64,000 bases of DNA, from the NCBI GenBank assembly GCA_045863295.1, contig BTWA01000004.1, forward strand, positions 192,001 to 256,000, read 5' to 3'. Of the stretch, positions 47,656-57,780 are shown piece after piece. Made by a program: the position numbers and the translations under genes. Source of the stretch: Candidatus Hydrogenedentota bacterium. GTDB taxonomy: Bacteria; Hydrogenedentota; Hydrogenedentia; Hydrogenedentales; SLHB01. The notes beneath the pieces were generated by a model that worked only from the letters and a program-made list of their open reading frames with translations, did no database searches and was not told the DNA's origin. Positions within the stretch are counted from its first letter, which is position 1. The number at the start of each line of letters is the position of its first letter.

Positions 47656-47800
47656 CTGAGGAGGCATTGCAGGATCCTGGCGAACCTGGAATCCTCGCGC
47701 GTGTGCGGGTACTCTTAGCACCTGTAGCCGGCCGTACACACAATGCGCATATCCTCCGCGTTAGTGGAAGACCGGGCTGGCTTCCGGGGAGGAACTGTCA

Positions 47801-49030
47801 ATGCAGGTTCGCGTACTTGGAACGCTTTTCGCGCTGTTGTCGACTTTTACGGCTACGTTGGCCCATTCGGGCGAATATCCTGCTTTTCACGATTCCCGCT
47901 TGAACGACTTTGCGGGCATTATCCGGTCCGAGCACGCCGAGCAGATTCGAGACTTGGCCGGGCAATTACGTGAATCCACGGGCATTCAGGCTGTTGTGGT
48001 CACTATCCAGTCTATTGGCGGCTACGGCACCGGCGATCCGGCCATTGAACCGTTTGCCACGAAGCTTTTCAATGCGTGGGGGGTAGGCCGTGCTGAGCGC
48101 AATGACGGTGTGATGTTGCTGGTCTCCGTGGACGATCGGGCGGTCCGGATCGAGGTGGGATCGGGTTATGGGAACCGGCTTGACCGTTTGATGCAGGGCA
48201 TCATCGACCGCGAGATCATCCCGGCGTTCAAGCGAGGCGATTACAGCACCGGTATTCTGGAAGGCACACTGGCCCTTTGCGGAGCGTTGGAGACGGAGGG
48301 AACGGCGGCCACGCAGGACTCCCCCGCCGCTCCAGCCGAAAGCCCGGTATTGGAAGTCGAAGCCACGGATCCGTCAGTTCCGGTCTTGGAAGCGCCGGTT
48401 GCCGTACCCAGGACATCGCGCGAGGAGTCGTCGATCGCCTCCCGACAGCGAGTTCGCACTCATCGCCCCAGTGACTCGGATTGGGGCCTCACCGCCGTGC
48501 TGACCCTGCTAGTGGGTGGATCGGGCGCAGCGCTTGTGGGCTTATTCCTCGTGCGTTCGAACCGGTGTCCCCACTGCAAACGCGATCTGGTCTTGCTTGA
48601 TCCCGGCACGGATCACGAGCGTCTGGACGACGGCCAGCAGTTGGAAGAGCGCTTAAACACGGTTGATTACCAGTTTTTCCGCTGCCCTCAATGCGGTTAC
48701 GAGACCATGGCCAAGCGGCGCCGCTTCTTCTCTTCGTATGGTGCGTGTCCCCAGTGTTCTTACCGTACGTTGAAGCAGGAGCAACGTATTCTTTCTCATC
48801 CAACGCGTCATTCCACGGGTACAAAGGTGGTGACGCAGGATTGCGAGCATTGCTCGTACCATGACGAGCGAACCATCGTCATGCCGCAGTTACCGTCGCA
48901 GGAATCGCACGTTGGCCATGGGGGCATTGGCGGAGGGTTTCGTGGGGGCGGGGGATCCAGCGGCGGATCCCATGGTGGAGGTTTTGGCGGTGGCCGGTCA
49001 TCGGGAGGCGGCGCCAGTGGGCGCTGGTAG
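47801..49030 (+). CDS. TPM-domain membrane protein with four CxxC (zinc-ribbon-like) motifs and a Gly-rich tail
   Basis: LNDFAGII, FNAWGVG...NDGV, RIEVGSG, IIPAFKRGDY; TM; CPHC, CPQC, CPQC, CEHC; GGGRSSGGGASGRW. Confidence 0.88.
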   Translation: MQVRVLGTLFALLSTFTATLAHSGEYPAFHDSRLNDFAGIIRSEHAEQIRDLAGQLRESTGIQAVVVTIQSIGGYGTGDPAIEPFATKLFNAWGVGRAERNDGVMLLVSVDDRAVRIEVGSGYGNRLDRLMQGIIDREIIPAFKRGDYSTGILEGTLALCGALETEGTAATQDSPAAPAESPVLEVEATDPSVPVLEAPVAVPRTSREESSIASRQRVRTHRPSDSDWGLTAVLTLLVGGSGAALVGLFLVRSNRCPHCKRDLVLLDPGTDHERLDDGQQLEERLNTVDYQFFRCPQCGYETMAKRRRFFSSYGACPQCSYRTLKQEQRILSHPTRHSTGTKVVTQDCEHCSYHDERTIVMPQLPSQESHVGHGGIGGGFRGGGGSSGGSHGGGFGGGRSSGGGASGRW

Positions 49031-49038
49031 ACCGCATC

Positions 49039-49242
49039 ATGGCTGACGAGCGGGCGTGTGGGATTTCGGACGCGGCGGTTGGGCTATGTTTGAGTTGCCG
49101 CCACGCGCGTCGAATCCGGCATCCGCACGGCGGCAATGACTACTGGCGTTGCGGCCTGTCGGACGTGGATTCCCGTTTTCCGAAGTATCCGCGGCTGCCC
49201 GTGAGTGACTGCGAGGGATTTGAGCGCATTGAATCGTCATGA
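49039..49242 (+). CDS. Small Cys-rich hypothetical protein
   Basis: GLCLSCRHARRI...YWRC...RFPKYPRLPVSDCEGF; starts 8 nt after the TPM stop. Confidence 0.7.
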   Translation: MADERACGISDAAVGLCLSCRHARRIRHPHGGNDYWRCGLSDVDSRFPKYPRLPVSDCEGFERIESS

Positions 49243-50028
49243 TTCCGGTGCAAGGCGAATCTCAAACACTTTGGGCCACAGCTTTCCGGTGATGAAGAAG
49301 GTATCGGCGCTGTCGTTGTATGCAATGCCGTTCAAGACATCGACGGGTTGAGCGAGATCGTCTTGGGTCAAGATGCCTTTGAGATCGATCCATCCGGTTA
49401 CCTGGCCTGTCTTTGGATCGATTCGGCAGATGGCGTCGGTCTTCCAGACGTTGGCGAATACGGAACCGTTCACGTACTCCAATTCGTTCAGATTCTGGAT
49501 TGGACGGTTTCCGTCTTTTACCTCGATGACGGCCGTTTCCTCAAAGGTCTGTGGGTCCCAGAAGCGCAACCGCCATGAGCCATCGCTGACGATGAGGTGT
49601 GTGCCATCGAATGTGATTCCCCATCCTTCGTGCTTGTACGAAAAAGTGTTTTCAAGCGCGAAGGAGTCTTTGTCGTATACGAAGCCGGCTTCGGTTTGCC
49701 AGGTGAGCTGTATGATGCGGTCTCCGGCGACTACGATGCCTTCGCCGAAATGATGTGACGGCAAGTTGATGCGTTGTGTGGAGGTGCCGGTGGCGGGGTC
49801 TACTTTTCGCAGCGTGGAATGACCGTAGATGCCAGTTCCCTCATAGAAGAATCCGTCGACATAATCGAGCCCTTGTGTAAAGGCGCCGCGATCGTGGGGA
49901 TATGTTTTAACGATTTCATAGGCGAGAATCGGCGTGGTGGTTTCCGAAATGACGTCTACGGTACATCCCACACACAGGAGTAGCGCCGCCGTTACGGTGC
50001 AGGCAAGGCGAAATGCAAGAGAACTCAT
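49237..50028 (-). CDS. Glutaminyl-peptide cyclotransferase (type I QC), probable lipoprotein
   Basis: YPHDRGAFTQGL, EGTG, FGEG, QLTW, EGWG, SDGS, LNELE, VLNGIA, TGKLWP. Confidence 0.95.
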   Translation of the reverse strand: MSSLAFRLACTVTAALLLCVGCTVDVISETTTPILAYEIVKTYPHDRGAFTQGLDYVDGFFYEGTGIYGHSTLRKVDPATGTSTQRINLPSHHFGEGIVVAGDRIIQLTWQTEAGFVYDKDSFALENTFSYKHEGWGITFDGTHLIVSDGSWRLRFWDPQTFEETAVIEVKDGNRPIQNLNELEYVNGSVFANVWKTDAICRIDPKTGQVTGWIDLKGILTQDDLAQPVDVLNGIAYNDSADTFFITGKLWPKVFEIRLAPES

Positions 50029-50116
50029 ATGGAGCGCAGCCTCGTTGTAACCATTCCTTCATTGTGGTGCAGACGGCTTTTGGAACGCAACCGGCAGGAC
50101 TAATGCCTAGTGCATC

Positions 50117-52369
50117 TCAAATGGACCAACTTGGCGCGACGTGCATCAGCAAGGCGTTTCGCATGGATTCTCGCGTAATGGGTTTGGTCACATAGCCGTC
50201 CATTCCGGCTTCCCTGCAGCGAATCTCGTCCTCTTTTTGGGCGTGTGCGGTCATGGCGATGATGGGAATGGAACGTTTGTCCTGTGTCAAGCCGCGAATC
50301 GCGGCTGCGGCTTGATAGCCGTCCATCACCGGCATTTGGCAATCCATGAAGACGGCGTCCATTTCAAGGGACTGGATGGCTTCGACGGCGGCTTTTCCAT
50401 TTTCGACCACGGTAATATCGCAGCCCATTTTTTCCAGGATTCGCCGGGCGACGTGCTGGTTGACTTCGTTGTCTTCGACCACCAGCACTTTCATGCCGGT
50501 AAACAAAGGCGATTCGTGCGTGGGCAGGTGGACGAGCGATGTGTCGGTTGTATCGAGGCCTCGCAGTATACGGATGAGCGCACTTTTCAATTGGGCGTAC
50601 CGTACCGGCGCGGTAAGGCAAATTCCGTTGTGGAGCCGTGCCAGGTCGGCCACTTGTCCGTGACGGCCTTTGGGTACGATATAGAGCAAATGCACTCCGG
50701 TAAGCAACCGCTGAGCGGGCGGCGGTAGGGCAATTGCAGTGATTGGGTCCAAACGAACGGGTTCGACGACGATGCCGATTCGCCACCGGCGCGCGGGATC
50801 GTCCCCCAATGCGTTCAAGTCTGGAGGCCGTCCGTATCCGTATCCGACGGTATCGTAGAGTAGTCCCCAGTGTTTGAGATAACGCATGACCACGTCCGCC
50901 TGAACGGGATCGCCGTCCAAAACGAGTATGCGCGGGGCATCGGGGAGGCGTGAGATGCGGGAGCGGATGGCGGCGGACGACTGGAGGGGCAAGGTGACGC
51001 GCACCCAAAAGGTGGAGCCGACGCCGTGTGTGCTGTTGACGCCGACTTCACCGCCCATTTGTTCAGCGAGACCTTTTACGATGGCGAGTCCCAGTCCGGT
51101 TCCGCCGAAGCGTCGCGTGGTAGAGGCATCGGCTTGGGTAAATTCTCGAAACAGCAGATTCATCTGATCGTCCGTCAAGCCAATGCCGGTATCAGCTACG
51201 GCAATCTGGTACGTCACCAGACCGTCGTGGACGCCGTCTGGCCGCACGAAAATCCGGACATGTCCCTCGTGCGCGAACTTCACGGCGTTGTCGGCGAGGT
51301 TGGTGACGATTTGACGCAGCCGCAGCGGGTCTCCCACGACTGCTTCGGGGGCAGCGGGATCGAAGTAAACTGAAAGGGAGAGTCCCTTGGTTTCCGCACG
51401 GAGCGCGACCAATTCGGCGGTTTCTTCGACGAGATCGCGCAGGTTCAGCGGTATGGACTCGAGTTCGATTTTGCCGGCTTCGATCTTGGTGATATCCAGA
51501 ATGTCGTTGATAATCCGGAGCAGCGACTGTGCGGATCGATTGATAACGTCGACACAATCTCTTTGTTCGCTGGTGAGTGGACTTTCGCCAAGCATTTGAG
51601 TCATGCCGACGAGCCCGTTCAGCGGCGTGCGCACTTCGTGGCTAACGTTTGCCAGGAAGAGACTTTTCGCGGCGGTCGCTTTCTCGGCGGTTTCCTTTGC
51701 CTGTCTTAGCTCTCTTTCGAATCGCCTCCTTTCGGAGATTTCGCTCGACAGCAAATTGTTCAATTGCGTGAGTTCACGGGTTCGATCGGTCAATATCCGG
51801 AACGACCGCATACGATTCCGCTCAAATACTCCGCACAACACGGCGACTATGAATATGACACCGGTAATGCTCATCAAGGCCATGAGGCCGGGATGATTGT
51901 CGAAATGGGCCGGCGGCACGGGCAACTGTCCATTCACCCCGAGAATGTATAGCGCGGCAACGGCGGCGACGGTCAGTAATGCCCAGAGTGCGGCCGAAGC
52001 AATGCCGGACACTACGGCGGCACACATGGGCACCACAACGAACCACGGAAGATTGGGCGCTTCCAGGCCGCCGCCCGAGTAAGTAAGGAGGATTTCACAA
52101 TAGAGAATGCTGGCGCACATGACGCGGGCCGGTATTCGGGTTGAGGTTGAGAACCGCAGGGCGAGCGGCACGAGCACGGGGGCGGGTGTCATGCTGAGAA
52201 TGACCCACGCCCCGTATGGATGTTCAAACATCAAATAGATTGGCGAATACACGGCGATCGGGACCAGGAAAACGACTGAGGACCACAGGATAAGCCGCGC
52301 GCGCGCATATTCTTCTGCGTCGCGCTTCATTTGCTTTGGGATGAACCAGTTCCAAAATCCTCGGTACAC
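50117..52369 (-). CDS. Membrane-bound hybrid sensor histidine kinase/response regulator
   Basis: Multi-TM N-terminus; SHEVRTPLNG, NAVKF, DTGIG, GGTGLGL; degenerate middle receiver; terminal receiver VEDN..MDCQMP..KP. Confidence 0.94.
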   Translation of the reverse strand: MYRGFWNWFIPKQMKRDAEEYARARLILWSSVVFLVPIAVYSPIYLMFEHPYGAWVILSMTPAPVLVPLALRFSTSTRIPARVMCASILYCEILLTYSGGGLEAPNLPWFVVVPMCAAVVSGIASAALWALLTVAAVAALYILGVNGQLPVPPAHFDNHPGLMALMSITGVIFIVAVLCGVFERNRMRSFRILTDRTRELTQLNNLLSSEISERRRFERELRQAKETAEKATAAKSLFLANVSHEVRTPLNGLVGMTQMLGESPLTSEQRDCVDVINRSAQSLLRIINDILDITKIEAGKIELESIPLNLRDLVEETAELVALRAETKGLSLSVYFDPAAPEAVVGDPLRLRQIVTNLADNAVKFAHEGHVRIFVRPDGVHDGLVTYQIAVADTGIGLTDDQMNLLFREFTQADASTTRRFGGTGLGLAIVKGLAEQMGGEVGVNSTHGVGSTFWVRVTLPLQSSAAIRSRISRLPDAPRILVLDGDPVQADVVMRYLKHWGLLYDTVGYGYGRPPDLNALGDDPARRWRIGIVVEPVRLDPITAIALPPPAQRLLTGVHLLYIVPKGRHGQVADLARLHNGICLTAPVRYAQLKSALIRILRGLDTTDTSLVHLPTHESPLFTGMKVLVVEDNEVNQHVARRILEKMGCDITVVENGKAAVEAIQSLEMDAVFMDCQMPVMDGYQAAAAIRGLTQDKRSIPIIAMTAHAQKEDEIRCREAGMDGYVTKPITRESMRNALLMHVAPSWSI

Positions 52370-52540
52370 GACTCGCCCTCGCCGGTTTCCTGCAGGATTG
52401 GTGACCGGATTAAGTATACTACGAAATGCGCCAGGCCGCTCACTGGTGGATTTTGCCGTGTTGCGTGGCAGGTCCGTGACAGCAGTTGGTATACTTTCCG
52501 GATTGGGGGCGGACCACTACTACGGCAAGGGAGTACGACA

Positions 52541-53809
52541 ATGAAATCGGGACATATGAAGCGCCGGACATTTCTGAAGGCCGCAGGCGCGGCAATGTTG
52601 ACTCCACTGGGTTTCAGTGCGCGAAGCTACGGACAAATTTCGGGCGCCAACAGCCGGTTGAATGTTGGTTTTATCGGATGCGGGGGTATGGCGGGTGCAC
52701 ATTTGGGTGCGTTGCTTGCGATGCGCGACGAGGAGAATGTGACAATTTCGACGGTCTGCGACATCTATGAAACGCGTGCCAAACAGTTTCAGGGGCGTGT
52801 CGCGGATCAGGGCGGCCAGGCCACGGTCACGACGGCGTATGAGGCTGTATTGGATGACAAAGACATTGACTATGTCGTAATCGCCACGCCCGAACATTCC
52901 CACAAGTACCTGACCCTCGACGCCTTGGACGCGGGCAAGCATATATATGTCGAAAAGCCCATGACGCACACGGAACAGGAAGCGCTTCAGGTGGTGGAAC
53001 GCACGAAAGAGACTGGCCTGAAGGTGCAGGTAGGCGTGCAGGCCATGGCCGACGACAGCTATTCCAGCGCATACGCGGCGATCAAGGCGGGCAAGATCGG
53101 CCCCGTTGTGCAGGCGCAAATCGATTACGTGCGCAATTACGCGGATAATGAGGGGCCTTGGCGCACGGGGGTGAAATCGGACATGCCCAAGCCTGCCGAT
53201 TTGGATTGGGAGACGTGGTTGTATCCCGCCAAGAAGCGGCCGTGGGACCCGCATCGCTATTTTGAATGGCGGAATTACCGGGATTATTCGGGCGGAGTTG
53301 CAACGGACCTGTTCATCCATCGCATCACGCGCATCATCCGGGCGTGTGGCCTGACGTTTCCCCGGCGCGCGGTGGGCATGGGCGATATTACGATCTGGCC
53401 CGATGGACGAGAGCTTCCGGACAATTTTGAAATGCTGCTTGAATATCCGGCTGTGGAAGGTATCACGCCGGGGATGTCGGTCTACATTCTTGGAACCATG
53501 GCCAATGCGCGGAGCAATCCTCATTATATTCGAGGCAAGAAGGGCACGCTTCAATTCACGGGGAAGGGTTGGGACATCCTCTCTGAAGAGGGTGGAGAGA
53601 TTGTCGAGTCTCATGTGAAAACGGGCGGCGAGGATGTGGTGCCGCATCACAAGAACCATCACGCCGCGATTCGCGACGGCGCGGAGTTGAATTGCCCTGT
53701 AGAACTGGGGCTTTACGGCGTGGTGGCGGTGTGCATGGGCAATAATTCGTGGTTTGACCGTCGCATGATGGAATGGGACTATAAGCGCAACCGGATCAAG
53801 AAAGCCTGA
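52541..53809 (+). CDS. Gfo/Idh/MocA oxidoreductase with a Tat signal
   Basis: KRRTFLK, GFIGCGG, IATPEHSH, GKHIYVEKP. Confidence 0.92.
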   Translation: MKSGHMKRRTFLKAAGAAMLTPLGFSARSYGQISGANSRLNVGFIGCGGMAGAHLGALLAMRDEENVTISTVCDIYETRAKQFQGRVADQGGQATVTTAYEAVLDDKDIDYVVIATPEHSHKYLTLDALDAGKHIYVEKPMTHTEQEALQVVERTKETGLKVQVGVQAMADDSYSSAYAAIKAGKIGPVVQAQIDYVRNYADNEGPWRTGVKSDMPKPADLDWETWLYPAKKRPWDPHRYFEWRNYRDYSGGVATDLFIHRITRIIRACGLTFPRRAVGMGDITIWPDGRELPDNFEMLLEYPAVEGITPGMSVYILGTMANARSNPHYIRGKKGTLQFTGKGWDILSEEGGEIVESHVKTGGEDVVPHHKNHHAAIRDGAELNCPVELGLYGVVAVCMGNNSWFDRRMMEWDYKRNRIKKA

Positions 53810-53817
53810 AACGAAGC

Positions 53818-54846
53818 ATGAATTCACGACGACTTCCCGCGGAATGGGAGCCGCAATCGGGCGCGCAGTTGGTCTGGCCCCGCACCATGCCGTTCTGGGA
53901 AAACTGCATGGACCGGGTGGAGGGGTGTTTCGCGGCGATAGCTCGAGAGATTGCGCGACGCGAGACGTTGATCATGGCATGCCGCAACGGGCGCGTGACC
54001 GCCGACGCGTTAGCCATGCACGGCGTGAACATGGCTGCTGTGCGGCTTTTTGAATTGGAGTACGACGATGCATGGAGCCGCGATCATGGCGGTATCACGA
54101 TTCTTGAAGACGGTGCGCCCGTTATTCTGGACTTTACTTTCGATGGTTGGGGCGGGAAATACGCCAGCGCACGCGACAACGCTCTAACAGAGCGTCTGCA
54201 CATGGCGGGTGCCTTTGGGCACACACCGCTTCGCCCAGTTCCACTCACCCTGGAAGGGGGATCCATCGACGTGGACGGCGCGGGCACGATGCTGACAACC
54301 TCTGCCTGTCTGTTGCATGGGCACCGCAATCCGCACTTGGACAAGACGGGCGTTGAGTCGGCCATCCAGGAATCGTTGGGGGTTGATCGGGTGTTATGGC
54401 TGGAACATGGTTATCTGGCGGGTGACGACACGGACAGTCACGTGGATGTACTGGCCCGGTTCTGTGCGCGTGACGCGATCACCTATGTGCGTTGTGACGA
54501 TGCCGGGGATGAACACTACGAGGCGTTGTCGGCCATGGAACGCGAACTGCAATCATTTCGCACGCGGGGCGGCGAGCCCTATGTGTTGCATCCGTTGCCA
54601 TGGCCGGATGCGTGTTACGATGGAGATGGGCAACGGGTGCCGGCGTCGTATGCGAATTTTCTTGTAATCAATGGCGCGGTATTGGCACCGGTCTATGGGG
54701 TGAAGCAGGATGAAGACGCGCTTCGCGCGCTTGAAGGCGCGTTTCCCGGCCGTGAGATCGTACCGTTGGATTGCAGTAGTCTGATACTTGAACACGGTTC
54801 GCTGCATTGCGTGACCATGCAGTTTCCCTTGGGAGTCGAATTATGA
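53818..54846 (+). CDS. aguA: Agmatine deiminase family (PAD_porph)
   Basis: LPAEWEPQ, WSRDHG, LEGGSI, DDTDSHVD, ASYANF, GSLHCVTMQ. Confidence 0.93.
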   Translation: MNSRRLPAEWEPQSGAQLVWPRTMPFWENCMDRVEGCFAAIAREIARRETLIMACRNGRVTADALAMHGVNMAAVRLFELEYDDAWSRDHGGITILEDGAPVILDFTFDGWGGKYASARDNALTERLHMAGAFGHTPLRPVPLTLEGGSIDVDGAGTMLTTSACLLHGHRNPHLDKTGVESAIQESLGVDRVLWLEHGYLAGDDTDSHVDVLARFCARDAITYVRCDDAGDEHYEALSAMERELQSFRTRGGEPYVLHPLPWPDACYDGDGQRVPASYANFLVINGAVLAPVYGVKQDEDALRALEGAFPGREIVPLDCSSLILEHGSLHCVTMQFPLGVEL

Positions 54847-55730
54847 GCACACCGTTGAAGGTGGCGCTGGTGCAACAATCCTGTGGTCTGAACCGTGCGG
54901 CCAATCTTGAGGCTTCTTGCCGTTGCATCCTTGAGGCGGCTGCTGAAGGCGCGCGTCTCGTAGTGCTTCAGGAACTTCATACGGGCCCGTATTTTTGTCA
55001 AACAGAGGACACGTCCGTCTTTGACTGGGCGGAGCCGATACCGGGCCCTTCATGCGAACGCTTGAGCCGTGCCGCCGAGGATGCTTCGGCGGTGGTTGTC
55101 GCTTCGCTGTTTGAACGCCGTGCGCCGGGCATTTATCACAATACCGCGGTCGTATTCGATAAGGACGGGACCCTGGCGGGGAAGTACCGGAAGATGCACA
55201 TTCCGGACGATCCTGGTTTTTATGAGAAATTCTATTTTACGCCCGGCGATCTCGGATTCGAACCGATTGACACATCTGTGGGCCGTCTGGGGGTGTTGGT
55301 GTGTTGGGACCAGTGGTTTCCCGAGGCCGCGCGGGCGATGGCGTTGCGCGGCGCGGAGTTGTTGATTTATCCAACGGCGATTGGATGGACTCCTTCGGAC
55401 GCCCAGGATGAGAAAGACCGGCAACGTGAAGCGTGGACCCTTTCGCAACGCGCGCATGCGGTGGCGAACGGCATGCCGGTCTTGTCGGTGAACCGTGTGG
55501 GGCACGAATTGGATTTCTCGGGCGCCACTGACGGGATTCAATTCTGGGGTTCGAGTTTTGTTGCGGGGCCGCAAGGCGAGATCCTTGCGATGGCATCCCC
55601 GGACAGGGAACAAACATTGATGGTGGAAATAGACAGGGCGCGCACGGAAGCCGTGCGAAGGATATGGCCTTTTTTCCGCGATCGGCGAATCGACGCCTAT
55701 CAAACGATCCAGAAGCGGTTTGACGACTGA
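54843..55730 (+). CDS. aguB: N-carbamoylputrescine amidase (nitrilase superfamily)
   Basis: QELH..YFCQ, YRKMHIPDDPGFYEKFYF, VCWDQWFPEAAR, YPTAIGW. Confidence 0.92.
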   Translation: MSTPLKVALVQQSCGLNRAANLEASCRCILEAAAEGARLVVLQELHTGPYFCQTEDTSVFDWAEPIPGPSCERLSRAAEDASAVVVASLFERRAPGIYHNTAVVFDKDGTLAGKYRKMHIPDDPGFYEKFYFTPGDLGFEPIDTSVGRLGVLVCWDQWFPEAARAMALRGAELLIYPTAIGWTPSDAQDEKDRQREAWTLSQRAHAVANGMPVLSVNRVGHELDFSGATDGIQFWGSSFVAGPQGEILAMASPDREQTLMVEIDRARTEAVRRIWPFFRDRRIDAYQTIQKRFDD

Positions 55731-55793
55731 TTTCGGGCGGTGGTCACCGCCTTGAACATGATTTGTAGCTGCACTGAACCGGAGGATTATGCG

Positions 55794-56372
55794 ATGAAGG
55801 TTGGATTGCGTCTTTGTGCGGTATTTGCGATTGTGGCTGGATTCTCCGTGGCTCGGGCCGCGGAGTATGAACTTGATGCGGTTCATTCGACTTTTGTATT
55901 TGAAGTCGGCCATATGGGCGTGGGCGTAACGGTGGGCCGGTTTAATGATTCCAAGGGCACGTTTGAATTTGATGCGGCCACAAAGTCGCTGGACAAAATT
56001 GACGTAGCCGTTCAGACAGGCAGTGTGGACACAGCGAACGAGGCTCGGGACTCGCACCTCAAGAACGAAGACTTTTTCGACGTGAACACGTTTCCCACGA
56101 TGTCTTTCAAGAGCACGTCTGTAAAGGCAAAAGACGAAGGTTATTCCGTGACGGGTGACTTTACCCTGCATGGCGTGACGAAGGAGATTGTAATCGATGT
56201 CGCCTTTATTGGCGCGGCCAAGGGGCATCAGGGCGAGGATCGCGTTGGGTTCACTACAGAATTTCAGATCAAGCGGTCCGAATACGGCATGGACAAATTG
56301 ATTCCCGGCGCCAGCGACGAAGTCACCATACGTGTCGCAGTGGAAGGAACATCGGGCGGCAAGAAGGCATAG
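55794..56372 (+). CDS. yceI: YceI-family periplasmic protein
   Basis: Signal peptide; YELDAVHS, GRF, SVDT...RDSHL...FFD, GDFTLHGVTK. Confidence 0.92.
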   Translation: MKVGLRLCAVFAIVAGFSVARAAEYELDAVHSTFVFEVGHMGVGVTVGRFNDSKGTFEFDAATKSLDKIDVAVQTGSVDTANEARDSHLKNEDFFDVNTFPTMSFKSTSVKAKDEGYSVTGDFTLHGVTKEIVIDVAFIGAAKGHQGEDRVGFTTEFQIKRSEYGMDKLIPGASDEVTIRVAVEGTSGGKKA

Positions 56373-56402
56373 GCTACGCCGAACCCGCAGGAGGGTACGG
56401 GG

Positions 56403-56942
56403 ATGAGCGGTGATCTGAATGTTTCCAAAGGCAACACACCGGACTACATAAACGATTTGATTTCGTACCTTGGCGATCGCGAGCCAATGGCGGTTATGGC
56501 CAAGACTCACGATGCGCTGGATGCCGCGACCACGAACCTGACCATCAACCAATTGCGCACGCCCGAGCGGGAGGGAAAGTGGTCGATTATCGAGGTGGTC
56601 CAACATCTTGCCGATACGGAGATTGCCTTGGCATTCCGTTACCGGAAGATCCTGGCGGAGCCCAATCCTGATATTCAGGCATACGATCAGGATCTCTGGG
56701 CGCGGAATCTGCACTATCCGGACGCGGTTTTGGACGACGCCTTGGACCAATTTGACGCGCTTCGAAAGGCCAACTTGCGTTTATTGGAATCCCAATCGCC
56801 GGAATCGCTAGAGCGTTGGGGTATGCACTCCGAGCGCGGACGCGAGTCTGTCGCAGATATCGTGCGCCTGTATGCCGCCCACGACTGTTACCATCTGCAC
56901 CAGATTGACCGCATTAAGGCGGCGCTCAGGCAGACGGACTAG
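56403..56942 (+). CDS. DinB_2/BstA-like protein
   Basis: EGKWSIIEVVQHLADTE, AYDQDLWA, LRKANL, AAHDCYHLHQI. Confidence 0.9.
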   Translation: MSGDLNVSKGNTPDYINDLISYLGDREPMAVMAKTHDALDAATTNLTINQLRTPEREGKWSIIEVVQHLADTEIALAFRYRKILAEPNPDIQAYDQDLWARNLHYPDAVLDDALDQFDALRKANLRLLESQSPESLERWGMHSERGRESVADIVRLYAAHDCYHLHQIDRIKAALRQTD

Positions 56943-56946
56943 ATTG

Positions 56947-56981
56947 AAAAAAGATCGGGCGGACACTGGTGTCCGCCCGAT
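56947..56981. terminator. Terminator between convergent genes
   Basis: 12-bp stem ATCGGGCGGACA/TGTCCGCCCGAT preceded by an A-tract (U-tract on the minus strand). Confidence 0.75.
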
Positions 56982-57011
56982 TGATTGAAACCGTTCTTTT
57001 GGTTCGCGCAA

Positions 57012-57740
57012 TCAGCGTCCGGTAGTCTCCCAGGGATCCGCCTCCAATCCTCGCATCGACTTTGGGGGGCCGAGAATTTCTGAATACAGCACAGCCTTGC
57101 GCACGTCGCCCGCGTTTGCGAACAGCAGAGCGAGGCCTCGAGGCCTAGGCTCCACCTGCCTGAACACACCTTCCTTGTGCACAGGGTGATCGCGCAAATC
57201 TGGTTTGCGCTGTGGCGTTCGCTGCGTTGGTTGCGCTTTGGACTGGCGGCGGCTGCGGTCTTGGCTTGGCCTTGGCTGCATCGGCGCCATTTCAACGCGT
57301 TCCTGGCGCACCTGTTGCGGGTGTTGCTGCACTTCCCTCGGAATCTGGCGCGGGGATTCCTGTGCGACAGCGCGTCGCACTTCACCCGGAATCTGGCGGG
57401 GGACCTCGGGAGGTCTTGCTGGCGATGCCTCACGCCGTTGGATTGGCCGGGGCCTCGCACGGCGCGGATCGGTCGCTACCGGTGTGGGCCTGCGAGGCTG
57501 TGCCGTGGGTTGGATCGGTGGCGGCGCTGAACGGCTTTCCGGGTGTCGAGGCCGCGCCACCGGCGCACCGGGCTCGTCGTCGCCGAACAGCATTCGGCGC
57601 ACGGGCTCGGGCAAATCTTCGGGACGGAATTCGGGCGTTTCACCCTGACGGCGCTGAATGTCACGTTGTTCGTGAATCTTTCGCGCGACGGCGATCACGG
57701 CCATGCCGATGAAGAGTAGAAACGGTAGCAGGCCTTCCAC
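57012..57740 (-). CDS. Membrane-anchored Pro/Gln/Arg-rich protein downstream of floA (YqfB-like position)
   Basis: N-terminal TM, low-complexity middle, C-terminal VRKAVLYSEILGPPKS. Confidence 0.75.
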   Translation of the reverse strand: MEGLLPFLLFIGMAVIAVARKIHEQRDIQRRQGETPEFRPEDLPEPVRRMLFGDDEPGAPVARPRHPESRSAPPPIQPTAQPRRPTPVATDPRRARPRPIQRREASPARPPEVPRQIPGEVRRAVAQESPRQIPREVQQHPQQVRQERVEMAPMQPRPSQDRSRRQSKAQPTQRTPQRKPDLRDHPVHKEGVFRQVEPRPRGLALLFANAGDVRKAVLYSEILGPPKSMRGLEADPWETTGR

Positions 57741-57780
57741 GGCTTTCTCCCGGGTAAAGTTGCTTCACAAGTGCCGGCGA

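Noticed and set aside
57330..57405. Direct repeat CGGAATCTGGCG
   Set aside because: Coding repeat (PRQIP) in a low-complexity protein; not CRISPR or a mobile-element end.
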